Counted from the stretch's first letter, positions 8,279 to 18,461 are shown. The stretch: DNA of 64,000 nucleotides from Chitinophagaceae bacterium (GCA_947469485.1 CANIPU010000016.1:395-64394), one strand, 5' to 3'. Translations and numbers: made by a program. The notes: generated from the letters alone by a model not told the origin.

Positions 8279-10387
8279 ATGAAAAATAAAACAAAAGGAA
8301 TTGTTTGTTGGCTGGTTGTTCTTCTGGTTTCTTTTATTACAGGTTCTTATAAATCAATTGCTCAATCTTCATTTCAAAAGAAAACAATTGATATTGGAAA
8401 TACAGGAATGACAATTTCAAATTTTGGAACCATTGGCAATCCTGTTATAATCAGCAATCCCGATGATGTGCCTTCTTTGGAATATCCTATAAACTCAGGC
8501 ATTGAACATTTATTTGAAGGTGGAATTTGGATCGGTGCAGTTATAGGCGGACAAACTGTTGTTTCTACGGCCTCTGTTGATGCCGCAAGTGGTTACACCA
8601 CTGGTGCAGCAGGATTTGAATTCAGTGCTCAGCAAGGAAGTGTCATTAATCAGCGATCTACGCTTACTTATGATAATCAATATTCACCTGATGCAATATC
8701 TCATCAGGATTTTGTAATGGATTTTACCGATGCAAATACAATTGTACCGGGAACAACAATTCCAATTACTGGTCACACTTCACCTTTAAACGCAGATGTT
8801 CATCTTGAAACATATGCCTGGAACTATTCATTTGCCGATTATTTTGTAATTCTGAATTATACAATTACAAATAATTCTAATCAAACCTGGGATAGTGTTT
8901 ATCTTGGAATGTGGACCGACTTGGTTGTTAGAAATGTGAATGTTGCAACCGATAATGGATCTGCTTTTTTTAGCAAGGGAGGAGTTGGTTATATCGATTC
9001 ATTATATGCTTTATATGCGTATGATGTAAATGGCGATCCGGGGTATACAAATTCTTATGGAGCAGCTCAGTTTTTAGGAATTGTTTGGCGCGATAAATTT
9101 TTTCACCCGAATAATGCATCACAATTTTTAAATGAAGGATTGCCTTTACCTGAAGTGAATGCAAATTTCTGGAAGTATAAAACTGATGATGGTTTTTTGG
9201 GTACTTATCCGGCTGATGACTTATTAAAATATGGTCGCTTAAAAACACCACTGGATTTTTCAAATTCTGCAATTACCAATACATTTTCTTCAGCTTCTAA
9301 CAGAACTGATTTGTTATCAGCAGGACCATTGACTCAATTAATGCCGGGTGAAAGTTTTCAATACTCGATTGCGATTGTTTGTGCCGCGCAATTACCCGGA
9401 ACCACATTGGATGCTCCTGAAGCGCGAACAGAATTAAATCAGCATTTGGGTTGGGCTAAGAGAACTTACCTTGGCGAAGATGTAAATGAAAATGGTGTTC
9501 TTGATGCAGATGAAGACCTTAATAATAACCAGATTCTTGATCGGTTTATTTTGCCTGAACCACCAGCTGATCCAATTTTAAGAATGATTCCATCAGAAGG
9601 GGCAGTTGATATTTATTGGAATAATGAAGCTGAAAATTCTATTGATCCCATCAGCAAACAAAAAGATTTTGAAGGATATAGAATTTACAGAAGCAATGCA
9701 GGAGATGATTTAAATGTGCAAACTTCAGTCAACTTAAATCAAATTGCTCAATGGGATAAAGTCGCAAATGATTTAGGATTTAATAATGGATTCAGCCCAG
9801 TATTATTAAGTGCTCCGAAAATATTTGAAGGGGATACAACACAATACAATTATCACTATAGAATTGATGGATTGCTAAGTGGTTGGCAATATGTATTTGC
9901 ACTTACCTCTTTCGATGAAGGAAATAAAGAGTTGAATCTACAAAGCCTTGAATCATCAATAACAGCAAATACTTATAGGGTATTTGCAGGAACAGAAGGT
10001 AAAATTTACGATACAAAAAAAGATTCTCTTAAGCCTGGTGTTTATCCAAATCCGTATCATATTCAAGCAGCGTGGGATGGAGCAACTTCGCAAACAAGAA
10101 GAATAAGCTTTTATAATTTGCCCGCTGAATGCACAATTACAATTTACACCTCAGCAGGTGATGTTGTAACTGTATTGAATCATGATGATAATTATCGTGG
10201 TGAAGATGTGCAATGGTTTAGTAATTATGCAGGAAGTCCAAATGATCGGGTGCTGTCAGGTGGTGAGCATTTCTGGGATATATTAAGTGAAAGCAAGCAG
10301 GCAATTTCGCAAGGTATTTATTTGTTTTCTGTTAAGGATTTGAAAACCGGAGTTATAAAAACTGGTAGTTTTGTAATTGAACGATAA
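8279..10387 (+). CDS. secreted hypothetical protein with Ca-binding-like DxDxD loop, FN3-like region and T9SS/FlgD-Ig-like C-terminal beta-sandwich
   Basis: ATG 8279 gives a signal peptide (MKNKTKGIVCWLVVLLVSFITG). Other motifs are EDVNENGVLDADEDLNNNQILD and a C-terminus GVYPNPYH...ITIYTSAGDVV...GIYLFSVKD. Confidence 0.7.
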   Translation: MKNKTKGIVCWLVVLLVSFITGSYKSIAQSSFQKKTIDIGNTGMTISNFGTIGNPVIISNPDDVPSLEYPINSGIEHLFEGGIWIGAVIGGQTVVSTASVDAASGYTTGAAGFEFSAQQGSVINQRSTLTYDNQYSPDAISHQDFVMDFTDANTIVPGTTIPITGHTSPLNADVHLETYAWNYSFADYFVILNYTITNNSNQTWDSVYLGMWTDLVVRNVNVATDNGSAFFSKGGVGYIDSLYALYAYDVNGDPGYTNSYGAAQFLGIVWRDKFFHPNNASQFLNEGLPLPEVNANFWKYKTDDGFLGTYPADDLLKYGRLKTPLDFSNSAITNTFSSASNRTDLLSAGPLTQLMPGESFQYSIAIVCAAQLPGTTLDAPEARTELNQHLGWAKRTYLGEDVNENGVLDADEDLNNNQILDRFILPEPPADPILRMIPSEGAVDIYWNNEAENSIDPISKQKDFEGYRIYRSNAGDDLNVQTSVNLNQIAQWDKVANDLGFNNGFSPVLLSAPKIFEGDTTQYNYHYRIDGLLSGWQYVFALTSFDEGNKELNLQSLESSITANTYRVFAGTEGKIYDTKKDSLKPGVYPNPYHIQAAWDGATSQTRRISFYNLPAECTITIYTSAGDVVTVLNHDDNYRGEDVQWFSNYAGSPNDRVLSGGEHFWDILSESKQAISQGIYLFSVKDLKTGVIKTGSFVIER

Positions 10388-10398
10388 ATAATTTTATA

Positions 10399-10896
10399 AT
10401 GAATTTATACCTTTCACAACCATCATTCTGGAAACGGGAATATATACTGACTAAAGACGATGGTTCTCAAATCGCAGGGATGAAGTATAGAAATTCATTC
10501 TTTGTGAAAAATAATGAAGCAGAAGTTGCAACTAATAATGGGGCATGGATTATTAAAAGAAAAAGTTTTTGGTCAGCTGAAGTACTGGTTATTGAAAAGA
10601 ACACTCAGATTGTAGTTTGTACTTTTAAATACAACGGATGGAGAAAGTTAATGAAATGCACAATTGATTTTAATAACTATCATTTCAAAAAGGCAGGATT
10701 TTTTCATTCAGTATATTCATGGGAAGATGAAGCCGGAGCAAATATTATGAAGTATAAACCAGTTTTTGGACTGAAATTGAAATTAAATATTGAAAGCAAC
10801 GAAAAATACAACAGAGATAAAAACCTGTTTCTTCTTTTATTTATAGGTACATACCAGATAAATTCAATTAGAGCAGCAGCTGCTTCGGCGGGTTAA
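10399..10896 (+). CDS. hypothetical beta-rich protein without signal peptide, C-terminal hydrophobic helix
   Basis: 165-aa ORF starting 11 nt after the upstream gene. No family recognised with confidence. Confidence 0.55.
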   Translation: MNLYLSQPSFWKREYILTKDDGSQIAGMKYRNSFFVKNNEAEVATNNGAWIIKRKSFWSAEVLVIEKNTQIVVCTFKYNGWRKLMKCTIDFNNYHFKKAGFFHSVYSWEDEAGANIMKYKPVFGLKLKLNIESNEKYNRDKNLFLLLFIGTYQINSIRAAAASAG

Positions 10897-11019
10897 AGCA
10901 AATATTTTAATAATTCTAAAATTTCTGTCTTATTATTTATTTAACTTCAAAAAGTATAATATCTCAGTTGAAATTCAGATACTTGCAGCCCCTAAAGAGG
11001 GGATAAAACACAAAACACA

Positions 11020-13161
11020 ATGAAAAAAAATTTAATCCTTGCTTTGCTTTTGATTATTCCTGCAATGGCATTTTCACAAACATATCCATTAGTAAGCATA
11101 CATGACTTGCAGTATGTGGATGACCAGAATCTTGCGAATGGCCTTGACTCTGCACTTTTTTATATAGGTGATACGGTGCAGGTTGAAGGGGTTGTAACTT
11201 TTGATCCATGTGCTTATGGTCAGAGCACAACTGGTAGCCGTGTTGCAACTTTTATTTCAGATATAAATTCTATCGGCCCCTGGAGTGGTATGCAGATAAT
11301 CATTGACCCTTCCGTAATAGGTGCAGGCAGCGGACCTGCTGCAGTTTCGCAATTAAGTAATAATTCTTTGTTTCAGGATAATTGTGTTTATGGGAATACT
11401 GTTAAGGTTACCGGAATTCTTGCTTCTTTTTCCAATAACACTCAGTTAAATATTTTACCAATTCCATCAACAGTTACAAGTGTATCAAATCCGGTACCCG
11501 CACCGGTAATTCTTCCAATTGATTCCTTTGAATTGAGCGATGGGCAGGGAGGGCAAGTGATTCAAATACCTTCAGGAGAAAAATATGAAGGAGTATATGT
11601 TGAGATGCAGAATGTAAGAGTAGTTGATGTGTTAGTAGTAAGCGGTGGAACAAGAATCAACTGGAGTATTCAAGATAATTTCGGAAATAAAATTAAAATC
11701 CGTGATATGAGCGGATGGATTCGTAATGATACTTCCGACAACTTTTGTACATCATCCGGAAGTTTTACTCCTGCTGCTTTTGATACTCCGATTGTTAATT
11801 CTGTTTTAGCATTCGTTCGTGGAGTCATTGTTGAATTTAAAACAGGTGCAGGTCCTTATGAGTATTTTCTCGCGCCTTTAACTTTAGCTGATATCGGTCC
11901 TGTTACTTACGCAGCACCCACAGTTGGAGCCGTTACTTTAAGTAATCCTGTTCCTTCAACAACACAAACTCAAACCGTTACTGCTGTTATTACGGATGAT
12001 CAATCAGTTGCTTCTGCAGTATTGTTTTACGCGAGCGGTTTATCCAACAATACTTTCCTGAATGTTCCAATGACAAACATTGGTGCAAATAACTGGCAGG
12101 CTACAATTCCAGCAATTGGACCTGACAGCACTTATGTGAAATACTGGATTAAAGCCACGGATAATCAGGGGTATTATACCAATTTCCCTGATTCGTTAGG
12201 TACTAACAAATTTTATTTAGTTAAGAATTCAGGAATTACCAGTATTCAACAATTACAGTGGCATCCACTTGGCTATGGTGCATCACCGTATGCCAATCAA
12301 AATATTGATAACATGAATGTTCAGGGAATTGTTATGTGCGAATCGGGAAGCTTGTATGATTTAGGACAGGTTATGATTCAGAGCAGCAACAATTCATGGA
12401 GTGGAATTTCATTAAGTGGTACAGGACTTACCACTCTTAAGCGTGGTGACTTAGTAAAAATAACAAAAGCAAAAATTTTAGAAACAAATACAGTTACCAC
12501 TCTGGATTCAATTTCATTTACCGTTCTTTCAACTGCAAATGCTTTGCCTGCCGCTATTACCACTATAGACATAGATAGCATCATAGCCATTAAATTCAAT
12601 TTCACAGAGCCTTATGAGAGCATGCTGCTTGGTTATGATACTGTTACTGTGGTTAGTTTGAATCCTGATGCGCCAAGTGATTTTGGTGAGTGGGCTATAT
12701 ATAAAAATCCATTTCCAGTTGGACAACTTCGCTGCGATGATCAGTCAAATGATATTGCTTTTGGGTTTAATGCTGACTCGTTGGTTTTTAATCAATCATT
12801 GGATTATATCTATGGAATGTTTACCCGCGCATTCGGCAACTGGAAATTGTGGCCGCGTAACCGCGATGACATTGCAGGCTTTCAGGTAATTTATATCGGA
12901 ATTGATGAAGCCGGCAAGCAAAATGCCGCCTGGAAAATCTATCCAAATCCGATGAATAACGAACTGAATATTCAGTATTCAGGAGTAAATAATAACCTGA
13001 TTATTGAGTTGTTTGATGCAACAGGACGAAAAGTACTTGAACAAAAAAATTTTTCAGCAAGTACTATTTTAAATGTTCAATCACTTTCGGCAGGCACTTA
13101 TTTTCTCAAATTGAATGATGGAACAACTACACTTCATTCAAAAATTGTGAAACTGAAATAA
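11020..13161 (+). CDS. T9SS (type A CTD) secreted protein
   Basis: Signal peptide MKKNLILALLLIIPAMAFSQ. The C-terminus (KIYPNPMNNELNIQYSG...IELFDATGRKV...GTYFLKLNDG...KIVKLK) matches the Por secretion tail pattern. Confidence 0.8.
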   Translation: MKKNLILALLLIIPAMAFSQTYPLVSIHDLQYVDDQNLANGLDSALFYIGDTVQVEGVVTFDPCAYGQSTTGSRVATFISDINSIGPWSGMQIIIDPSVIGAGSGPAAVSQLSNNSLFQDNCVYGNTVKVTGILASFSNNTQLNILPIPSTVTSVSNPVPAPVILPIDSFELSDGQGGQVIQIPSGEKYEGVYVEMQNVRVVDVLVVSGGTRINWSIQDNFGNKIKIRDMSGWIRNDTSDNFCTSSGSFTPAAFDTPIVNSVLAFVRGVIVEFKTGAGPYEYFLAPLTLADIGPVTYAAPTVGAVTLSNPVPSTTQTQTVTAVITDDQSVASAVLFYASGLSNNTFLNVPMTNIGANNWQATIPAIGPDSTYVKYWIKATDNQGYYTNFPDSLGTNKFYLVKNSGITSIQQLQWHPLGYGASPYANQNIDNMNVQGIVMCESGSLYDLGQVMIQSSNNSWSGISLSGTGLTTLKRGDLVKITKAKILETNTVTTLDSISFTVLSTANALPAAITTIDIDSIIAIKFNFTEPYESMLLGYDTVTVVSLNPDAPSDFGEWAIYKNPFPVGQLRCDDQSNDIAFGFNADSLVFNQSLDYIYGMFTRAFGNWKLWPRNRDDIAGFQVIYIGIDEAGKQNAAWKIYPNPMNNELNIQYSGVNNNLIIELFDATGRKVLEQKNFSASTILNVQSLSAGTYFLKLNDGTTTLHSKIVKLK

Positions 13162-13182
13162 TTCAAACTCTTTTTTTATAAC

Positions 13183-13215
13183 AAAAGCCGTCGCAGTTTC
13201 TGCGGCGGCTTTTTT
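13183..13215 (+). terminator. rho-independent terminator
   Basis: Stem gccgtcgcag (13187-13196) pairs with ctgcggcggc (13200-13209) with one G-U pair, then a T-run at 13210-13215. Confidence 0.7.
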
Positions 13216-13250
13216 ATTTAATGTATTTTAATTGCACCTTTGACTTCCTA

Positions 13251-14129
13251 ATGAAATATTTTTTATCCCTGTTTTTTATTGCGGTACTGTTTTTAAATGA
13301 ATTGAATGCTCAACAACCGCTTCCTTTTTATGAAAGAAATCAGAAGGGAGAATATTATTTGTTGCGGACCGATTCAATGTTTTCGCCAAAAGTTTTTGGA
13401 GAGATATGTGTGTTAACAAAAAATGGAATTCAGGGCTTGGGAAAGATGACAAACCTTTACATACAACAGGAAGAGGAATGTTGCACGAACCCCGATCCAT
13501 TTTTTTTGATGGGAAATTTCAAGGCAGCGTTTCAACCCGATACTCCTTATTATTTGATTTCTGAAAAGGTTGATGAAGGGAAGTTGTTCGATTTAAAATT
13601 TTCGGAAATAAAAAATTCAGAAAAATTTGCTGGTGATGCTTTTCAAAAACCATTGTTAGGAGATCCGGAAGAAAATTATTGGCGGTTTCGCTGGAAGGAG
13701 CAGATTGGAGGAAAAACATACCTCGAAAAAATTGATGAAATCACTTACAACAATCAGCCAAGTGATACCATGGTTTTTCATGTAAGTTTAAATGCCTGCG
13801 AATATTTAAAGCAAGATTCGTTTGAAATACTTTACTGCCATACTGATTCTGCTTATGAAGATTATTTATATGAACCTGCATGGGTAGTGGTTTACCTAAA
13901 TAATAAATTGCTGGATGCACGAATGGACTATTTCAATATGCCAGTGGATGGCTATGGTCCGTTTCAATCTCTTAAGCAAAATTTAGTGGGATGGTATAAA
14001 AAGAAAACTGATTTTTTTCTGATATACTACCCAGGCTATGTGGTAACACAACAAAATGGAATGTGGGTGGAGGGTATGCGTGAACCCTGCCGTTACTATG
14101 GCGAGTGTGATTGTGCTGAGGAAGAATAA
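13251..14129 (+). CDS. secreted hypothetical protein
   Basis: ATG 13251 gives MKYFLSLFFIAVLFLNELNAQ, which looks like a signal peptide. The C-terminus is Cys-rich (CRYYGECDCAEEE). No family recognised. Confidence 0.6.
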   Translation: MKYFLSLFFIAVLFLNELNAQQPLPFYERNQKGEYYLLRTDSMFSPKVFGEICVLTKNGIQGLGKMTNLYIQQEEECCTNPDPFFLMGNFKAAFQPDTPYYLISEKVDEGKLFDLKFSEIKNSEKFAGDAFQKPLLGDPEENYWRFRWKEQIGGKTYLEKIDEITYNNQPSDTMVFHVSLNACEYLKQDSFEILYCHTDSAYEDYLYEPAWVVVYLNNKLLDARMDYFNMPVDGYGPFQSLKQNLVGWYKKKTDFFLIYYPGYVVTQQNGMWVEGMREPCRYYGECDCAEEE

Positions 14130-14164
14130 AAAAAGCCGCTCTTAATCCAAGAGCAGCTTTTTTT
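14130..14164. terminator. bidirectional rho-independent terminator
   Basis: Stem gctctt (14138-14143) pairs with aagagc (14149-14154), with outer agc/gct pairs. It is flanked by A and T runs and sits between convergent genes. Confidence 0.6.
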
Positions 14165-14178
14165 ATAAATTATTTCAA

Positions 14179-15948
14179 TTAATTTATTTCAATAGAATAT
14201 GGTATGCGCATTTGCATTCCTTTTAATTCGCTAACTGATTTTATTTGCTGAAACATGGTATAGAAATCGCCTAACTGAACTTTCACTTCATCCTCCTTAG
14301 CATCCTGCAAAGCACTGAAAATTTGCGACCATTTGTTGTCAACCGTTGGGTATTCAACCAGGCGGTAATTATTACTCTTTATCATTTTAGCAGCAATATT
14401 TATGGCATCCTGTATTCCGCCTAAAGTATCAACCAAGCCCCATGCTAATCCCTGTGTACCAGTCCATACTCTTCCCTGCGCAATTGAATCTACTAAAACT
14501 GGATCAAGATTTCTGCCGGTGTAAACACGCTTTTTAAACTGCGCATAAATACTGTCGACCTCGTTTTGAATAATGCTTTTTTCGCCATCGTTGAAAGGTC
14601 GGGTTAAATCACCAAAGTCCGAAAATTTCCCGGTACCTACATGGTCAAAAGTAATTCCGAGTTTATCGTTCAATAATTTCTGAGCACATGGAATAATTGC
14701 AAAAACTCCAATGCTTCCGGTCAAAGTAGTTGGCTGCGCAACAATTTTACTTGCGCTGCAGGAAATAAAGTAGCCTCCGGAAGCTGCATAATCACCCATT
14801 GAAACCACCACAGGTTTTATCGCTTTAGTTAGAGTAACTTCTCTCCATATCACATCTGAAGCAACTGCGCTGCCACCAGGAGAATTTACACGAAACACAA
14901 TTGCTTTTATTTTATCATCACGACGGAGTTTTTCAAACAATGCAGCAAATCGATCGCCGCCAATATTTTCTTTATCGCCCTGCCCGTCAACTATATCACC
15001 TTGAGCATAAACCACTGCAATTTTATCCTGGTCAATGCTTTTCTTTTCAGTATCCGGCGTGTTCGAATATTTAGAAAGAGTTATGAAATTAATTTTCTTT
15101 TTATCGTCAGTCTTTAATTTTTCATGAATGAATTTTTTAGCAGCATCACTGTAACCAATTTCATCCACAAAATGATAACTGAGCGCCTGATAAGCAGTGC
15201 GTATAAGCATACTGTCAGCAATGTGATTAACAATTGATGTATCAATATTCCGAGAAGCACTAACAGCGCTTGCATAGTTGGCTTGAATGTCTTTTAATAA
15301 AGCAAGAGTCATTATTTTATTTGACTCACTCATTTTATCGTATCGGAAAGGCTCAGTTGCTGTTTTAAAACGACCATCGTAAAACACCTGCACATCAACA
15401 CCAATTTTTTCGAGCATTCCTTTAAAAAACATAATCTGAGCATTCAAACCTCTCCACTCCACAACACCAGATGGATTCAACACAATTTTATCAGCAACAC
15501 TTGCTACATAATATCCTTTTTGAGAATAAGCATCGGCATAAGCCACAATAAATTTTTTCGATTCTTTAAAATCAATCAGCGCGTCGCGAACTTGCTTAGC
15601 AGTAGAAATGCCGCTACCGAAAGTTCCGACATTTATATAAATGCCTTTGATGTTATTGTCTGATTTTGCTTTTTTTATCAGGTGCAATATGTCATTTAAG
15701 CCCATTGGCATTTCCATATCCATTCCGCCAAAATTTAAATTGGCAAGTGGATTAAAGTTGGTTTGTTCAGGCACCGCATAGCTAAGCGACAATTCAAGAA
15801 CACTATTTGTTGAAGCAGCTTTTTTATCGGGTTCTGAAACGGAAGAAACAATTCCGGCAATAATTCCGATCATAATAAATACGAGTACAACAGAGCCGAC
15901 AATAAAGCCGAGCATGGAGGCAAAGAAAAATTTAAAGAACTGTTTCAT
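14179..15948 (-). CDS. sppA: signal peptide peptidase SppA, 67K type
   Basis: 589 aa with an N-terminal TM helix and two tandem S49 (ClpP-fold) domains. Motifs include RVNSPGGSAVASD and MGDYAASGGYFISC. Confidence 0.9.
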   Translation of the reverse strand: MKQFFKFFFASMLGFIVGSVVLVFIMIGIIAGIVSSVSEPDKKAASTNSVLELSLSYAVPEQTNFNPLANLNFGGMDMEMPMGLNDILHLIKKAKSDNNIKGIYINVGTFGSGISTAKQVRDALIDFKESKKFIVAYADAYSQKGYYVASVADKIVLNPSGVVEWRGLNAQIMFFKGMLEKIGVDVQVFYDGRFKTATEPFRYDKMSESNKIMTLALLKDIQANYASAVSASRNIDTSIVNHIADSMLIRTAYQALSYHFVDEIGYSDAAKKFIHEKLKTDDKKKINFITLSKYSNTPDTEKKSIDQDKIAVVYAQGDIVDGQGDKENIGGDRFAALFEKLRRDDKIKAIVFRVNSPGGSAVASDVIWREVTLTKAIKPVVVSMGDYAASGGYFISCSASKIVAQPTTLTGSIGVFAIIPCAQKLLNDKLGITFDHVGTGKFSDFGDLTRPFNDGEKSIIQNEVDSIYAQFKKRVYTGRNLDPVLVDSIAQGRVWTGTQGLAWGLVDTLGGIQDAINIAAKMIKSNNYRLVEYPTVDNKWSQIFSALQDAKEDEVKVQLGDFYTMFQQIKSVSELKGMQMRIPYSIEIN

Positions 15949-16015
15949 TGGGGTTTTATGTTTTTAGTATTTGTTTGTTTTTATAAGGAGTGCAAAAGTA
16001 AGTGAAAAGTGAATT

Positions 16016-16531
16016 GTGTTTACATTCGCCTCAATAGTTGTGAAATTGAATCAGGTTTATTTATCGTTGGGAAGTAATGTTGGCAATCGCTCTGAACAAT
16101 TAGCGAAGGCAACTGATTTTTTGAAGGAAAAAGGGGAGGTGAAAAGAATTTCATCGGTTTACGAAACTGAAGCGTGGGGAAATACCAACCAACCTTCTTT
16201 TTTAAATTTGGTTTTGCAGATGATGACGAATTTTGAAGCAATAAATTTTATGAAAGAGCTATTATTAATTGAAGAAAAAATGGGAAGAATTCGGCAGAAT
16301 AAATGGGAATCACGCAACATTGATATTGATATTCTATATTTTAATAATGAAATTATAGATGAAAACGAACTGAAAATACCGCATCCTTATATTCATGAAA
16401 GGAAATTTGTTTTAGAACCTTTAGTTGAAATTGCTCCTGATTTTGTTCACCCGCTTTTAAAACTTAGTTCAATTGAGATGCTTAAAGCATGTTCTGGTAG
16501 TTTGAAAGTGAAACGGCTATCGCATGTATAA
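16016..16531 (+). CDS. folK: 2-amino-4-hydroxy-6-hydroxymethyldihydropteridine diphosphokinase
   Basis: HPPK motifs VYLSLGSNVGNR, SSVYETEAWG, QPSFLN, RNIDIDIL and HPYIHERKFVLEPL. The start codon is uncertain; GTG 16016 is used. Confidence 0.85.
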   Translation: MFTFASIVVKLNQVYLSLGSNVGNRSEQLAKATDFLKEKGEVKRISSVYETEAWGNTNQPSFLNLVLQMMTNFEAINFMKELLLIEEKMGRIRQNKWESRNIDIDILYFNNEIIDENELKIPHPYIHERKFVLEPLVEIAPDFVHPLLKLSSIEMLKACSGSLKVKRLSHV

Positions 16532-17153
16532 TTATATTGTAATAGAAGGCAATATAGGCGCTGGCAAAACTTCACTTGCTGAAAAATATGCTGAAGAATT
16601 GAACGCCAGATTGGTGCTTGAGCAGTTTGCCGATAATCCTTTTCTTCCTCAGTTTTATTCCGACCGAGAACGGTATGCTTTTCCGCTTGAATTATTTTTT
16701 GTTGCCGAGCGTTTTCAGCAACTGAAAGATACTTTGAGCAAGCAGGATTTATTTCAAACCACCACAATTGCAGATTATATTTTTATAAAAAGTTTATTGT
16801 TTGCTAAAGTGAATCTTACTGAAGAAGAATTTAAATTATATCAGCGCTTGTTTCAGATAATTCATTCTACTTTGCCTGAACCTGATATACTGGTATACCT
16901 GCATTGTGATGTTGAAAGATTACTTAAAAATATAAGTATGAGAGGAAGAGAGTATGAGCTAAATATTTCTCCTGATTATTTAAGCAGTATTCAAAATACC
17001 TATTTCGATTTTTTTAAAACTGTAAAAGGTTTTCCTGTTTTAATTATTAATGTAACGAAGGCAGATTTTGTAAAAGACGAAACACATTATAATAAAATTA
17101 AAGAATGGATAAATGCACCACACGAAAACGGGATGCATTATTATGGATTTTGA
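16524..17153 (+). CDS. deoxynucleoside kinase
   Basis: P-loop IVIEGNIGAGKTSLAEK, dNK-like length (209 aa) and RGREYE lid motif. It overlaps folK by 8 nt. Confidence 0.85.
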   Translation: MYNYIVIEGNIGAGKTSLAEKYAEELNARLVLEQFADNPFLPQFYSDRERYAFPLELFFVAERFQQLKDTLSKQDLFQTTTIADYIFIKSLLFAKVNLTEEEFKLYQRLFQIIHSTLPEPDILVYLHCDVERLLKNISMRGREYELNISPDYLSSIQNTYFDFFKTVKGFPVLIINVTKADFVKDETHYNKIKEWINAPHENGMHYYGF

Positions 17154-17310
17154 AAATTGGAAAAAAAAATGTTCTCATATTTTTTAAAAATCAATTGGTT
17201 TTTCCTTCCGGATATCCGCTATTCACCGACTATTCCAATAGATCTGCCTATTTGATGTTGTCTGCTATTATGACTGAAATACTTTTGTTCTATCAAAATA
17301 AAATAAAAAA

Positions 17311-18078
17311 ATGGAAACAATTAATCATCCCGATGCAAATAACTCTGAAAACAAATTCAGAAATAATAGAAACCCTGCCGGGCGGGTTTTAGGAGGTTTG
17401 TTTATTATTTCACTTGGTTGTTTATACTTAGCAAAACAAATGGGAATCTTTTTTCCTGATTGGGTTTTTACATGGCAAATGTTTTTGATAGGCCTGGGAG
17501 TTTATATTGGTCTTCGCAGCATGTTTCAAAATGCAGCATGGTTTATATTAATATTGATCGGAGGTGTAATGATGATTGATGAATTTTATCCTGGAGTTGA
17601 ATTTAAACAGTACTTATGGCCAATTGTATTAATATCTGTAGGATTATTTATGGTTTTTCGCCCAAGAGGTAGGGGTAGAAAAGATTGTAAAAAGTGGAAT
17701 AAGTTTGAAAGTTATAATAATGATAACACTTCTAAAGATGATGTTTTAGATGTGACTACCGTTTTCGGAGGTGTCAAAAAGAATGTTATGACAAAGGATT
17801 TTAAAGGAGGTGAAGTGAATTGTTTTTTTGGCGGAACTGAAATTAATCTAATGAATGCTGACTTAACTTCTCCTGTGAAGCTTGAAATAAATCAGGTATT
17901 CGGTGGTACTAAATTGATTCTTCCTTCTCATTGGATTTTAAAATCTGAAATCGTGGCGATTCTTGGTGGGGTTGATGATAAAAGAGCTGTTTCTTCTAAT
18001 TCAGTTTCTGATCAAAATAAGATTCTGATTCTTGAGGGTAATTGTGTATTTGGAGGTATTGAAATCAGGAGCTATTAA
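17311..18078 (+). CDS. LiaF-like membrane protein (N-terminal TM bundle plus C-terminal beta-repeat domain)
   Basis: Four hydrophobic helices, then repeated FGG motifs (VFGGVKKNV, CFFGGTEINL, QVFGGTKLIL, CVFGGIEIRS) typical of the LiaF/YvqF C-terminal domain. Confidence 0.6.
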   Translation: METINHPDANNSENKFRNNRNPAGRVLGGLFIISLGCLYLAKQMGIFFPDWVFTWQMFLIGLGVYIGLRSMFQNAAWFILILIGGVMMIDEFYPGVEFKQYLWPIVLISVGLFMVFRPRGRGRKDCKKWNKFESYNNDNTSKDDVLDVTTVFGGVKKNVMTKDFKGGEVNCFFGGTEINLMNADLTSPVKLEINQVFGGTKLILPSHWILKSEIVAILGGVDDKRAVSSNSVSDQNKILILEGNCVFGGIEIRSY

Positions 18079-18105
18079 TTTTCAAACTAACCTAAATCAA
18101 ATAAA

Positions 18106-18459
18106 ATGAAATGGTTCGTCGCAAAATTGATTTTCAGGATTATTGTTAGCAATGAAAATAAAGGACAGTTTGATATTCAGTGGAGATTAATTCTTGATTA
18201 TTCAATTGATGAAGCATTATTTCAGACTTTTCAAATTGGATATAAAGAGGAGGAACGATTCCTGTCATCTAGCGGTAAATCAGTTGAGTGGAAATTCATT
18301 GGAGTCGAAACGATAAATGAAATAGCTGAATTAAATAATGGAACGCTTTTATTTTCAAATACGCAAGAAACTGATTCAGCTTTTGAATTTATTGCGCAAG
18401 TAAAAAACAGACCTCAAAATGCATATAAGATACCTGTAAATACATTTGTTGCTTTATAA
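18106..18459 (+). CDS. small cytoplasmic protein, DUF4288-like
   Basis: 117 aa. MKWFVAKLIFRII...FDIQWRLI...VEWKFIGVE resembles my recollection of DUF4288. It ends 2 nt before the kinase gene. Confidence 0.45.
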   Translation: MKWFVAKLIFRIIVSNENKGQFDIQWRLILDYSIDEALFQTFQIGYKEEERFLSSSGKSVEWKFIGVETINEIAELNNGTLLFSNTQETDSAFEFIAQVKNRPQNAYKIPVNTFVAL

Positions 18460-18461
18460 AT

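Noticed and set aside
17105-17392. 95-aa plus-strand ORF bridging the deoxynucleoside kinase and LiaF-like genes
   Set aside because: It overlaps both neighbouring genes in other frames and has no recognisable features. It is most likely intergenic noise.
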